NCBI GenBank assembly: GCA_026387835.1
Contig: JAPLKZ010000010.1
Coordinates: 65,872 to 129,871 of the forward strand
From: Candidatus Saganbacteria bacterium
Lineage (GTDB): Bacteria; Margulisbacteria; WOR-1; JAKLHX01
Length of the DNA stretch: 64,000 nucleotides
Direction of reading: 5' to 3'
The notes under the pieces were generated by a model. The model had not been told where the DNA came from. It ran no database searches and saw only the letters and a list, made by a program, of their open reading frames with translations. Of this stretch, positions 44,353-54,238 are shown one piece after another. Made by a program: the position numbers and the translations under genes. Position 1 is the first letter of the stretch. Every line of letters starts with the position of its first letter.

Positions 44353-45089
44353 TAAATTAAGTCTTCTATCAGCTGCCGGGTGTATTCTTCTGACGGGTTG
44401 TTGAATATTTCATCGGGTGTCCCCGTCTCAATCAGGCTTCCGGCCTTCATGACCGCTATCCTGTCGCAGATATGTCTTGCCAGCGAAAGATCGTGAGTGA
44501 TAAAAAGATATGTAAGGCCTTTTTCTTCTTTCAATCTCATCAACAGGCCGATTATCTTTTTCTGCAGATCAAAGTCTAAGGAGGAGACCGGCTCGTCCAA
44601 GACAATGAACGACGGCCCTGTCGATACAGCCCTTGTGATACAGACCCTCTGGGCCTCTCCTCCGGAGATCTCGTGAGGATACCTGTTCAAATAATCTTTT
44701 GTCAGTCCTGCCTCTGACAGAAGCTCCGCCGCTTTTTTGGGGATCTCATTTCTCGGGCAGATATCATGGATCAGTAACGGTTCCGCGATTATATCCCTGA
44801 TCCTCATCCTCGGGTCCAGGCTGGAAATAGGGTCCTGGAACACTACCTGCATCTTTTTTCTAAGATCGCGGCATTTTGTTGTTTCCTGTCCGAGAAATTT
44901 CAGTTCCCCGCTGTCCGGCCCGGTAAGGCCGAGTATCAATCTGGCAAGGGTCGTCTTGCCGCTGCCCGATTCTCCTACAATACCGAACACCTCTCCCTTA
45001 TTTATGAAAAAGCTTGCATCCTTTACGGCCGCAAATCCGCCGTATTTTTTTGACAGCCCGTCCGCTTCAATTATATTTCCGGACATCAA
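44352..45089 (-). CDS. oppF: Oligopeptide/dipeptide ABC transporter ATP-binding protein (OppF/DppF-like)
   Basis: Walker A GESGSGKTT, signature LSGGE, Walker B IVLDEP. Confidence 0.8.
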   Translation of the reverse strand: MMSGNIIEADGLSKKYGGFAAVKDASFFINKGEVFGIVGESGSGKTTLARLILGLTGPDSGELKFLGQETTKCRDLRKKMQVVFQDPISSLDPRMRIRDIIAEPLLIHDICPRNEIPKKAAELLSEAGLTKDYLNRYPHEISGGEAQRVCITRAVSTGPSFIVLDEPVSSLDFDLQKKIIGLLMRLKEEKGLTYLFITHDLSLARHICDRIAVMKAGSLIETGTPDEIFNNPSEEYTRQLIEDLI

Positions 45090-45820
45090 TCAAACACCTC
45101 CCGAACTTTTTCCGATTCTCCCTGGAATATGAGCCTTCCGTTCTTCATCACGGCGCAGGAACTGCAGTATTTTTTCACAAGTCTTAAATTATGCGTGATG
45201 AGCATGACCGACAGCCCCTGCGTTTCTTTCATCTCGACAAGCAGGTCCATTACCCCCCTCTGCGTCGTGACATCGAGAGCCGTAGTGGGCTCGTCAGCGA
45301 TGATATGCTTTGACCCGCACGATACCGCGATTGCGATGATTGCCCTCTGCCTCATTCCGCCGCTCAGTTCGTGGGGAAAATCATTATACCTTTTTCCCGG
45401 AGGATCTATCTTTACAAGATTTAGCAGTTCTATGGCTTTTTCTTTGGCGCTTTTTTTATCCATCTTAAGATGATATCTAAGTGCTTCGGATATCTGCTCC
45501 CCTATTGTAAGGACGGGGTTTAAAAAAGTCATAGGGTCCTGAAAGACCATGGATATCCCGGTGCCCCGGACCTTAGTCAGTTCTTCGCTGTTTAGTGCCA
45601 TGATATCTGTGCCGTCGAGCAGGACAGAACCTTTGACGATACGCCCCGGTTCACTTATCAGTTTCATTATCGAATATCCCAAAGTGCTTTTGCCGCAGCC
45701 GGACGGCCCTACCAGGCCGAAGAACTCTTTATCCTTTACCTTCAGGCTCACATCATCGACCGCTCTGATGACTTTGTCATCCGTGTAATAATATGTGGAT
45801 AAATTCGATATTTTCAGCAT
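45086..45820 (-). CDS. oppD: Oligopeptide/dipeptide ABC transporter ATP-binding protein (OppD/DppD-like)
   Basis: GPSGCGKST, LSGGMRQR, IIADEPTTALD. The start was moved to MLKISNL at 45820; the ORF-track N-terminal extension overlaps oppC. Confidence 0.8.
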   Translation of the reverse strand: MLKISNLSTYYYTDDKVIRAVDDVSLKVKDKEFFGLVGPSGCGKSTLGYSIMKLISEPGRIVKGSVLLDGTDIMALNSEELTKVRGTGISMVFQDPMTFLNPVLTIGEQISEALRYHLKMDKKSAKEKAIELLNLVKIDPPGKRYNDFPHELSGGMRQRAIIAIAVSCGSKHIIADEPTTALDVTTQRGVMDLLVEMKETQGLSVMLITHNLRLVKKYCSSCAVMKNGRLIFQGESEKVREVFD

Positions 45821-46626
45821 GATCTCGGGTCCATGGCTTCCCTCAGTCCCTCTCCGACCAAATAGATACACAGCACCGTCAGCAATATCAGGCAACCCGG
45901 GATAAAAGCCATCCACCACGCGTCCCTGAGATAAGCCTGCGAGTCCTGCAGCATGTTCCCCCATGAAGAATACGGCGGCTGGACCCCGAGGCCTAAAAAG
46001 CTCAAAGCGGATTCGGTGAGTATCGCGCCCGCTATCCCGAGCGTCCCTGCCACGATGACAGGGTGCATTGCGTTCGGCAGTACATGCCTGAATATTATCC
46101 TTAAATTTGAAGCGCCTATGGCCTTTGCGGCATCTATATAAGGGCGTTCTTTTACGGAGAGGATCTCTGCTCTCACAAGCCTCGCGACTCCCATCCAGGA
46201 AGTAAGCCCTATTACGATCATTACGTTATATATGCTCGGCTTGAGCATGACTTGTATCGACAGCAGCAGAAATATCGACGGAAATGACAACATTATATCT
46301 ATAAACCGCATTATGACGGAATCGACGAAGCCTCCGAAAAATCCGGCTACCGCTCCGAACAAAAGCCCGAGCACTACCGCGATCGATACCGCGATAAATC
46401 CGACGGCAAGAGAGACCCTTGCCCCGTAGAGCGCCCTCGAAAAGATATCCCTGCCAAAATCGTCTGTCCCGAAAAGATGGACGGCCGAAGGTGCCTGCAG
46501 CGCGGTACTGCCGAGATCTCCCGGATCGAACGGGCTCATTACCGGCGCAAGAACCGCCGCAAATGCTATCAAAATAAGGATTGTCAGTCCGAAAACCGCC
46601 AGCCTGTTTTTAAAGAAGTTTTTCAT
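45814..46626 (-). CDS. oppC: ABC transporter permease (OppC/DppC-like)
   Basis: BPD_transp_1 EAA-like motif (AKAIGASNLRIIFRHVLPN) and 6 TM helices. Confidence 0.8.
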   Translation of the reverse strand: MKNFFKNRLAVFGLTILILIAFAAVLAPVMSPFDPGDLGSTALQAPSAVHLFGTDDFGRDIFSRALYGARVSLAVGFIAVSIAVVLGLLFGAVAGFFGGFVDSVIMRFIDIMLSFPSIFLLLSIQVMLKPSIYNVMIVIGLTSWMGVARLVRAEILSVKERPYIDAAKAIGASNLRIIFRHVLPNAMHPVIVAGTLGIAGAILTESALSFLGLGVQPPYSSWGNMLQDSQAYLRDAWWMAFIPGCLILLTVLCIYLVGEGLREAMDPRSC

Positions 46627-46627
46627 T

Positions 46628-47596
46628 TCATTTTTCTATTTTGATCCTCGGATCCGCAGCGGCATAGCACAGGTCCGCAAGGAGGTTACCGATAACTATC
46701 AAAAATGCCGATATCATCACGACACCCATTATCACCGGATAGTTCCTGGAAAAGACCGCTGTCACGCCAAGGCGTCCCATCCCCGGCCAGGCAAATATCG
46801 TCTCAATGATGAATGCTCCGGCAAAAAGGTCCGGAAGCATCATCCCAACCAAAGTGATGAGCGGCAGCATCGCGTTCCTTAAAGCATGCTTAAAAAGGAC
46901 CGTTCTTTCGGGTAACCCTTTGGCCCTTGCCGCTTTTATATAGTTCTGCCCCAGCACTTCTATCATGCTCGCCCTTGTATAACGCGTTATCCCAGCCAGG
47001 CTTATTATGACCATTGTCATTACGGGAAGCGCCATATGCCTTAAGAGATCTGAAGACCTTGAAAATAATGATGGCGCTTTCATAAGCGGGTCGTACATGC
47101 CCGTAGCAGGGAGGATATTAAGATTCACCGAAAATAACAACATCAGCATCAGCGCAAGCCAGAACGAAGGCATCGACATGCCGACGAAAGAAAATACCGT
47201 AACGACATGGTCAAACAGTTTGTTTTTCTTTAACGCGGATATCACTCCCAGCGGCACCGCGAGAAAGACCGTTAATAATATGGAAGTCCCCATAAGAAGC
47301 AAAGTCGCGGGCAGTCTTTCAAATATCACTTCTGTCACAGGGCGGTTTATAAGATAGGCTGTCCCGAGATCCCCCCTCAGGGCATTGCCCAGCCAGTAGA
47401 AATATTGTACGGCGACCGGTTTATCAAGACCCCAGTTGACCCTTATTCTTGCAAGCTCCTGAGGCTTTACATTCGGGTCTGTGAACAGCGCTGTCGGGTC
47501 TCCGGGAGCAAGATGCATCACAAAGAACGAGATCAAAGATATGCCTATCAATAAAGGGATAAGAATTAACAGCCGCTTCAATAAATATTTTCCCAT
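46628..47596 (-). CDS. oppB: ABC transporter permease (OppB/DppB-like)
   Basis: Permease fold with the EAA motif ARAKGLPERTVLFKHALRNA. Confidence 0.8.
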   Translation of the reverse strand: MGKYLLKRLLILIPLLIGISLISFFVMHLAPGDPTALFTDPNVKPQELARIRVNWGLDKPVAVQYFYWLGNALRGDLGTAYLINRPVTEVIFERLPATLLLMGTSILLTVFLAVPLGVISALKKNKLFDHVVTVFSFVGMSMPSFWLALMLMLLFSVNLNILPATGMYDPLMKAPSLFSRSSDLLRHMALPVMTMVIISLAGITRYTRASMIEVLGQNYIKAARAKGLPERTVLFKHALRNAMLPLITLVGMMLPDLFAGAFIIETIFAWPGMGRLGVTAVFSRNYPVIMGVVMISAFLIVIGNLLADLCYAAADPRIKIEK

Positions 47597-47599
47597 ATT

Positions 47600-49252
47600 T
47601 TATTTGTTTCTCACGAACACCTTCTCGATATTTAAAAACAACCCTGCCGGCCCCGGCTTTGAAAGCCCCCCTACCCTGTTTGATACCGCCACCACACTTT
47701 TCGGATACCATAAGAATATGTACGGCTGGTCGTCTGCTATGATCCTTTGAAGTTTTTGATATATTTCTTTTCTTTTTTCTTTTGCCACCGTTACCCTGCC
47801 AAGCTCTAAAAGTCTGTCAACTTCTTTATTATTGTATTTAATGAAATTCAAGCCGGATGGATACTGGCTTGAATGCCAGATGCTGTACGAGTCGGGATCT
47901 ATCCCGAGCGACCATCCGATGATCACGCTGTCAAAATTTTTCGGGTCCTTGGGAGAATTGATTATCTTAAGAAGCGCGCTCCATTCCATCACTCTGATGT
48001 CCACTTTCACGCCGATCTTCTTGTACTGCCACTGAAGAACGACAGCGGCTTTCTCCCTTTCCTTGTTTCCCTGGTTGACGAGAATTGTGAACTCAAGAAG
48101 CTTCCCGTTCTTCATGCGCCGTTTGCCGTCATCCGCGTATTTCCATCCCGCTTCATTGAGTAATCTCTCCGCTTTCTTGAGGTCATACCGGTATTTATTC
48201 ACATTATTTTCATAGACCCAGGAGACAGGCGCGCTTGGGCTGTACGCGGGTGCCGCGAGGCCGCGGAAAATAAGATCTGCAAGCTGGGATTTATCCGTCG
48301 CATAAGCGAGGGCTTGCCGGACTTTTTTATCCTTGAACAGCGGGTTTGTGAGATTGAGCCCCAAATAGGTATATGTCAGTGAATCGTACTCAAAGACGTT
48401 CACCCCCGGCATTTTTTTTATCCTCGAATAGTCTTTGGGAGGAATATCGCTTTCATCGACTTCGCCGGCTTCAAGTGCGATAAGCCTTGAATTCTCGTCG
48501 GGGATTATCTTAAATAATACCGATGAAAGAAGAGGGCTGCCTCCGTAGTATTTTTCATTCCTCACCAGTGTCACATGGTCCCCCGACACCCATTCTTTAA
48601 AAATGAAAGGCCCTGTCCCTACCGGATGCTGGTTGAAAGAGGCCGAGTTGATGTCCTTTCCGCGCAAAATATGCCCCGGAAGAATGCCCATGCCCATGCT
48701 CGCAAGAAAAGGAGCGAACGGTTTGGGAAGTATGGCTTGCATTATATAAGGTCCGGCAACATTGAACTTTATCGGCTTTCCGTCGATCATGTAATCGCCC
48801 CTGCGGACCGAATTTACTTTCGGGTCAAGGATGGAATTAAAGGTGAATTTGACGTCCTGCGCGGTGAATTTTTTGCCGTCATGCCATAAGACATCATCCC
48901 TTAAATAGAAAATGTAGACCCTCCCGTCTTTTGAAACGGTCCACTTCCTTGCAAGGTCCGGGATTATTTCAAGGCGTTCGTTCACTTTTGTAAGGCCCGA
49001 ATATATGGGCCCCTCGACAGCCGAAGAAGAGCTGTCGGAAGACAGTACCGGGTTGAGAATGGATATCTCGCCGCCAAGACAGAAGACCAGAGTGCCGTTC
49101 TTATCGATTTTTGTTTTTCCGTCGTTGGCGGCTGTATTGTTTTCACATAAACTTGTCGTCTGACGGCATCCCAGGATGCCTAATAAGATCAGGATAAATA
49201 TTGCTTTTACTGCTGTTTTCAACGGAAATGCCCTTCCTGCCTTTTTATCCAA
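47600..49252 (-). CDS. oppA: ABC transporter substrate-binding lipoprotein, family 5 (OppA/DppA-like)
   Basis: Lipobox LGILGC and SBP_bac_5 architecture. Confidence 0.8.
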   Translation of the reverse strand: MDKKAGRAFPLKTAVKAIFILILLGILGCRQTTSLCENNTAANDGKTKIDKNGTLVFCLGGEISILNPVLSSDSSSSAVEGPIYSGLTKVNERLEIIPDLARKWTVSKDGRVYIFYLRDDVLWHDGKKFTAQDVKFTFNSILDPKVNSVRRGDYMIDGKPIKFNVAGPYIMQAILPKPFAPFLASMGMGILPGHILRGKDINSASFNQHPVGTGPFIFKEWVSGDHVTLVRNEKYYGGSPLLSSVLFKIIPDENSRLIALEAGEVDESDIPPKDYSRIKKMPGVNVFEYDSLTYTYLGLNLTNPLFKDKKVRQALAYATDKSQLADLIFRGLAAPAYSPSAPVSWVYENNVNKYRYDLKKAERLLNEAGWKYADDGKRRMKNGKLLEFTILVNQGNKEREKAAVVLQWQYKKIGVKVDIRVMEWSALLKIINSPKDPKNFDSVIIGWSLGIDPDSYSIWHSSQYPSGLNFIKYNNKEVDRLLELGRVTVAKEKRKEIYQKLQRIIADDQPYIFLWYPKSVVAVSNRVGGLSKPGPAGLFLNIEKVFVRNK

Positions 49253-49257
49253 TTATA

Positions 49258-49680
49258 TCAGTCCAGGTTCGTCAGTTCCTGCACTTTTGATGTCCCGTTC
49301 TTTTTATATCCCGTGATCGTGTAGCCGTTCTTTGCCGCATCATACGTGTAAATTATTTTCCCAGCGGTATCTGACGCGGCATAAGCTTTTCCGGTAAAAG
49401 GGTTTTTGGGAACCGTGGTGTACCCTATTGCGCTAAGATAATTTTCGTAAAGAGTCTTTATCGGAATCTCCGTTGCGATGGGGAACGTCTCGTTCTCCAT
49501 ATTATAGGATTCTACGGCCAGCTGCACGGAATGCATCACCGATTTCACTCCGGCTTCCTTTGCTTTATCCTGCACGCCTACAAAAGTCGGCAGTAAAAAC
49601 GCGGCAAGCATTCCGATGATCCCTATCACTACCAGAAGTTCTATCAAAGTGAAACCTTTTTTTCTCTTCACTTTCATCAC
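49258..49680 (-). CDS. Type IV pilin-like protein (orphan)
   Basis: Leader MMKVKRKKG|FTLIELLVVIGIIGMLAA. Confidence 0.7.
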   Translation of the reverse strand: MMKVKRKKGFTLIELLVVIGIIGMLAAFLLPTFVGVQDKAKEAGVKSVMHSVQLAVESYNMENETFPIATEIPIKTLYENYLSAIGYTTVPKNPFTGKAYAASDTAGKIIYTYDAAKNGYTITGYKKNGTSKVQELTNLD

Positions 49681-49754
49681 CTCCTTTCTTTATTGACCAC
49701 CCTCTCCCTCTCGCCCTGAGCCTGCCGAAGGGCTGGGAGAGGGAAGGGTGAGGG

Positions 49755-50741
49755 TTATAAACTTCCCATTATCTTCATCATCGGAGAGAACATCTGTATC
49801 ACCACAAAGCCGACGACCGCTCCTACCAGTACTGTCGACAACGGTTCGACGAGCAGGGTAGCGGCTTTTATGTTCTCGTGCGCCTCTTCTTCAAGGATGT
49901 CGGCGGATCCTTCTAAAACATCTTCAAGGCAGGCGGATTCCTGCGCGGCAGCAAGGATCCTTGTCATATCGCTGTCAAAACACTTTTCGCCCCTGAAAGC
50001 ATCCGACGGCGTGCAGCCGGACGATATTTTTTCGGCTACTTTTTGGAGCGCGCTTTTATATGTGACCGGCTTTACGGATTTTTCGGCATGCCCGAGCGCT
50101 TCCAGGAACGGCATCCCGGACCTCAGAAGCATGGAAATGTTCCTGCAGATCATGGAAGTCTCCAGTTTTGCCGCGATCTTCCCGAAGAAAGGGATATTAT
50201 ATTTAACGAATTCCAACTCCCTGCGGAACATCCCTTTGCTGGTGCAGAATGACAACACCGATATCGCAAAGATAATGACAATTCCGATCAGAGGCGTCAT
50301 CTTTGAGATATTGCTCATGACTGCCAGCGATCTTGGCGGCGGCATCCCGAAAGAAATAAATATCTCGTTCATTTTGGGGATGCCTACAACTATGAAACCT
50401 ATAAGCGTCATAAGGCTTGCCGAAAGTACTATCAGCGGATAAGCTAATGCTTTTGTCAGTTTGCTTCTAAATTCTTTTTTTCTTTCGAGGATCTGCGCGG
50501 CTTTCAGGAACATTGTGTCCAGCTCCCCTGTCCTCTCTCCTATTCTGACCAGGTCAATTACATCCCGGGAAAAGTACTGCTCTATCGAATCTGAGACGGC
50601 CTTTCCGTCCATTATCATCTCTGCCGCTTTTTCCGGAATATCGGCGATACCAAGAGCCTTTGCGAGCGGCACGCCTCCCTTGATAAGCCGCGACATCTGC
50701 CTGCATATCTTGATCTGTTCTTTTATGGATAATTGTTTCAT
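49755..50741 (-). CDS. Short GspF/PilC-family platform protein (second copy)
   Basis: 328 aa containing a T2SS-F domain and 3 TM helices. Confidence 0.7.
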   Translation of the reverse strand: MKQLSIKEQIKICRQMSRLIKGGVPLAKALGIADIPEKAAEMIMDGKAVSDSIEQYFSRDVIDLVRIGERTGELDTMFLKAAQILERKKEFRSKLTKALAYPLIVLSASLMTLIGFIVVGIPKMNEIFISFGMPPPRSLAVMSNISKMTPLIGIVIIFAISVLSFCTSKGMFRRELEFVKYNIPFFGKIAAKLETSMICRNISMLLRSGMPFLEALGHAEKSVKPVTYKSALQKVAEKISSGCTPSDAFRGEKCFDSDMTRILAAAQESACLEDVLEGSADILEEEAHENIKAATLLVEPLSTVLVGAVVGFVVIQMFSPMMKIMGSL

Positions 50742-51506
50742 TTAGGAAAGTTTAAAAAACGCCTCGGCGTTTCTTGAAGTTCTTTCGGCTATAATTTCGA
50801 CCGGGATATTTTTTATTTCGGCCAGTTTTTCCGCAACGGACCGGACATAAGACGGCTCGTTCCTTTTTCCCCGCATCGCCTGCGGCGCAAGATACGGACA
50901 GTCGGTCTCGAGCATGATACTCTCAAGCGGCACATATCCGGCCACTGTCCGCACATTGTGAGCGTTCTTGAACGTTATCACCGCGGTGAAAGATACCATT
51001 AACCCCATTTCCAGGACCTTTGCGGCAAACTCCCTGTCTGAAGAAAAACAGTGGAATACACCTTTGATCCTGCCCTGGCCGTGTTCTTTTATGATCTCGA
51101 TCATGTCGCCGTCCGCGTCCCTGCCGTGGAAGATAAGCGGGAGACCGAGCTCTTTTGCCAGCTCGATATGTCGGGCAAAAGCTTTTTTCTGAACTTCTTT
51201 AGGTACCGGGTTCTCAAAATAATCAAGCCCCGTCTCTCCTATAGCCACGACTTTATTATTTGCGGCAAGCTCTCTTAATCCGTTTATAGACGCGTCATCG
51301 ACAAAGTCCGCGTGATGAGGATGTATCCCCACCGAGGCAAAGATCATGTCATGCTCTTTTGCCAGACTAACACTTTTTTTTGACGATTCGAGATCAAAGG
51401 AAGCATTTATTATTTTAGTGACGCCGTTGTCCTTTGCTCTCTTCAGGACTTCAGGGAGGTCGGTAAATTCATCCATCGTAAGATGCGCGTGAGTGTCGAT
51501 ATACAT
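50742..51506 (-). CDS. tatD: TatD-family metal-dependent hydrolase/DNase
   Basis: MYIDTHAHL..., IGETGLDY, HCFS motifs. Confidence 0.85.
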   Translation of the reverse strand: MYIDTHAHLTMDEFTDLPEVLKRAKDNGVTKIINASFDLESSKKSVSLAKEHDMIFASVGIHPHHADFVDDASINGLRELAANNKVVAIGETGLDYFENPVPKEVQKKAFARHIELAKELGLPLIFHGRDADGDMIEIIKEHGQGRIKGVFHCFSSDREFAAKVLEMGLMVSFTAVITFKNAHNVRTVAGYVPLESIMLETDCPYLAPQAMRGKRNEPSYVRSVAEKLAEIKNIPVEIIAERTSRNAEAFFKLS

Positions 51507-51517
51507 ATGCTTTGGGA

Positions 51518-53017
51518 TTAGTCCTGTTTTTCGATCCTGGGAAAAAGCGGTTTTCCTTTATTGATCTTTTCTGAACCCGGTTCAAGGCCAAGCTGTTTTT
51601 TCATTTCCACGCAGGTTGAGGGCATGAAAGGCGCTATCAGGTCGGATACCACCTTCAAGACCTCGAACAGATTGCCGAGGACTGTTGAGAGCTCTTCTTT
51701 TTTACCGTTCTTTGCAAGAGACCAGGGAGCCTGTTTCTCAATATAATTGTTTGAAAGACTTATCAGGTCGAATATACACGACAGCGCCTCGGTCAAAGCG
51801 ATCTTGTCCATGCATATTGCATATTTTCTCGGCGTGTCTTTGATTAGCTCTGTCATCTCCCTGTCCAGACCGTTCATTTTATCGTTTTTTTGAGAAGGGA
51901 CTTTCCCGTCAAAATATTTCTCTATCATTGTCAGCGTCCTGCTCAAAAGATTGCCAAGATCGTTCGCGAGATCGGCATTATAGCGTTTTATCAGATTTTC
52001 CCTTGAATAATCGCCGTCAACTCCGAAAGGCACTTCCCTTATCAGAAAATATCTCACGCCGTCAAGGCCGAATTCCTGTGACAGGGCTATCGGATCGACA
52101 ACGTTGCCTTTTGATTTGCTCATCTTGCCGCCCTCGACCGTCCACCAGCCGTGTCCGAATACTTTTTCAGGCAACGGCAGGTCCAGAGCCATCAGCATCG
52201 CCGGCCAGATGACGGCATGGAATCTCACGATCTCTTTTCCCATGAGATGAAGGTCCGCGGGCCATAGTTTTTTGAATCTTTCTTCGTCCCATGTATAGCC
52301 TATGGCGGAAATATAGTTTATCAGCGCGTCGAACCACACATATATGACATGCTTAGGGTCAAATGGCACCGTGACACCCCACGAAAAATTGGTCCTGCTC
52401 ACATTGATGTCCTTGAGCCCGCTCTCGATGAAACGCATGACCTCGTTCCTTCTTGACTGAGGGCAGATAAAGTCGCTGTGGCTTTCAATATATTTGAGCA
52501 GCCCGTCCTGATATTTTGACAGTTTGAAGAAGTAGGCTTCTTCTTTCGTATTTTTCACGGGTCTTCCGCAATCCGGACAGTTTTCTTTTCCGTCAAGCTG
52601 GAAAGCCGTCCAGTACGATTCGCACTGAGCGCAATACCACCCTTCGTACTCGCTTAAATATATATCGCCTTTTTCATGAAGTTTCTCGAATATCTTCTGC
52701 ACGGTCTCCTCGTGACGGCTGTCCGTGGTCCTGATAAAACCGTCGTAAGTTATGCCCAGTTTTTTCCACGCTTCGATGAACTTTTGTGCCATTATGTCCA
52801 CATGCTCTTTCGGCGACCTGCCCGCTTCTGCTGCTGCCTGAGCAATTTTCATGCCATGTTCGTCGGTCCCGGTCAAAAAGAACACCTTATATCCCTGGCT
52901 TCTCTTCCATCTCGCAAGTACATCCGCAGCAATTTGAGTATAACTATGCCCGATATGGGGCACATCATTCACGTAATAAACGGGTGTTGTAATGTAGTAT
53001 TTAGACTTCATATTCAA
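51518..53017 (-). CDS. metG: Methionine--tRNA ligase (short form, no C-terminal tRNA-binding domain)
   Basis: YVNDVPHIGH (HIGH), CxxC...CPDC zinc knuckle, KMSKSKGN. Confidence 0.9.
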   Translation of the reverse strand: MNMKSKYYITTPVYYVNDVPHIGHSYTQIAADVLARWKRSQGYKVFFLTGTDEHGMKIAQAAAEAGRSPKEHVDIMAQKFIEAWKKLGITYDGFIRTTDSRHEETVQKIFEKLHEKGDIYLSEYEGWYCAQCESYWTAFQLDGKENCPDCGRPVKNTKEEAYFFKLSKYQDGLLKYIESHSDFICPQSRRNEVMRFIESGLKDINVSRTNFSWGVTVPFDPKHVIYVWFDALINYISAIGYTWDEERFKKLWPADLHLMGKEIVRFHAVIWPAMLMALDLPLPEKVFGHGWWTVEGGKMSKSKGNVVDPIALSQEFGLDGVRYFLIREVPFGVDGDYSRENLIKRYNADLANDLGNLLSRTLTMIEKYFDGKVPSQKNDKMNGLDREMTELIKDTPRKYAICMDKIALTEALSCIFDLISLSNNYIEKQAPWSLAKNGKKEELSTVLGNLFEVLKVVSDLIAPFMPSTCVEMKKQLGLEPGSEKINKGKPLFPRIEKQD

Positions 53018-53103
53018 AAATTATATCACTTTTATGGGTGCTTGCACCGAGCGAAGGAGCAATAGCGACTGAGTCGAGGTGTCGAAAATCCCTACACTCT
53101 ATC

Positions 53104-54237
53104 CTAATTTTCTACAGGGAATAATATCCTGACATGCGTCACGTTCTTCAGCGCGGTGTTCGCCCAGTCGGGAAGCTGCTTGCGCAGATCAGGATCGATC
53201 CAGAGCCGCGGCATCGGCTGCCAGCCGATATCATTGATCTTGACTTCTACGAGAAATCTTTTTAAAAGGTCCTCGCTCCATGTCTTTGAATCCAGGTCCA
53301 TCGGCTTATATCTGGGCTGAAGATAGAGTGAAAATAACGGTGGCTGGCCTTCAAGGGTCTTTCCAAATATCGATGTCGGCCCTATAACCATCCACTGCGT
53401 CATGATCCTTGCGTTCAACATCTCCGGGCTCATCCCGTGCCTTGATGGGATTATCTGGAAACCTCCGACCCTTCCCATAGGAGATGTTGAAACATCTATC
53501 ACGCCCGTATGGTTTGCCCTAATGCGGCCCACATCGGCAAATTGGGTCCCCTGAAAACGCCCGATGCCCTGTACCGGCTTTAAGACTTCTCCTATCACGC
53601 TTTCCTCGTCTCCGCCGTAGTCTATACGTATCTTCCCTCCGAATTTATTCTCAAATATGATCGCTCTCGGGTAAGAAACAGGCCTTATGACAGAAATAAT
53701 TATCGTTTGGCCTATATTAGGCACATAACCTTCCGTGATCTCCTTTATTTCTTTAAACTCATCTATGTAGCTGACGGGATTGCCTACTATCGGCGCAAAA
53801 TCCCCGCCGAATATGGAGGTGCCTGCCGGAATATTTGTATATATCGAAGAATCCGGGCTCAGGAAAGAATTATAATATTCCGGAGGGTTCAGCATATCGG
53901 CCGGTATTATCGAAAATACCACGCCTTTGCCCTCTTCGGTGTTGGTCCCCGTCCTTATATGTATAGCATTGACCGCCGTTGCCGCGACAGCTCCGACACT
54001 AGCCCATTTGCTTGCAGTGTAACCGTCCCTGTTGACCTTCTGGCACGGATACAGGACTTTTCCGACTGCTTCCCAGCTGTTGCCTCCGTCCCTGCTCACT
54101 GCAACAATGCCGTTCTGCCTGTTCTCTACGGATATCCTGTAGATCTCCGCGGACTTCACTGTCTTCTCAGCGGCGAACGAGATATGATACAGGATCAAGA
54201 TCATTAAAAACGACAGCAATAATATTTTTTTCTTCAT
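53104..54237 (-). CDS. Secreted hypothetical protein with one BNR/Asp-box (SRDGGNSW)
   Basis: Signal peptide plus a single Asp-box. Confidence 0.5.
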   Translation of the reverse strand: MKKKILLLSFLMILILYHISFAAEKTVKSAEIYRISVENRQNGIVAVSRDGGNSWEAVGKVLYPCQKVNRDGYTASKWASVGAVAATAVNAIHIRTGTNTEEGKGVVFSIIPADMLNPPEYYNSFLSPDSSIYTNIPAGTSIFGGDFAPIVGNPVSYIDEFKEIKEITEGYVPNIGQTIIISVIRPVSYPRAIIFENKFGGKIRIDYGGDEESVIGEVLKPVQGIGRFQGTQFADVGRIRANHTGVIDVSTSPMGRVGGFQIIPSRHGMSPEMLNARIMTQWMVIGPTSIFGKTLEGQPPLFSLYLQPRYKPMDLDSKTWSEDLLKRFLVEVKINDIGWQPMPRLWIDPDLRKQLPDWANTALKNVTHVRILFPVEN

Positions 54238-54238
54238 G

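Noticed and set aside
45821-45964. N-terminal extension of oppD
   Set aside because: It overlaps the 3' end of oppC by 150 nt. The conserved ABC start MLKISNL at 45820 was used instead.
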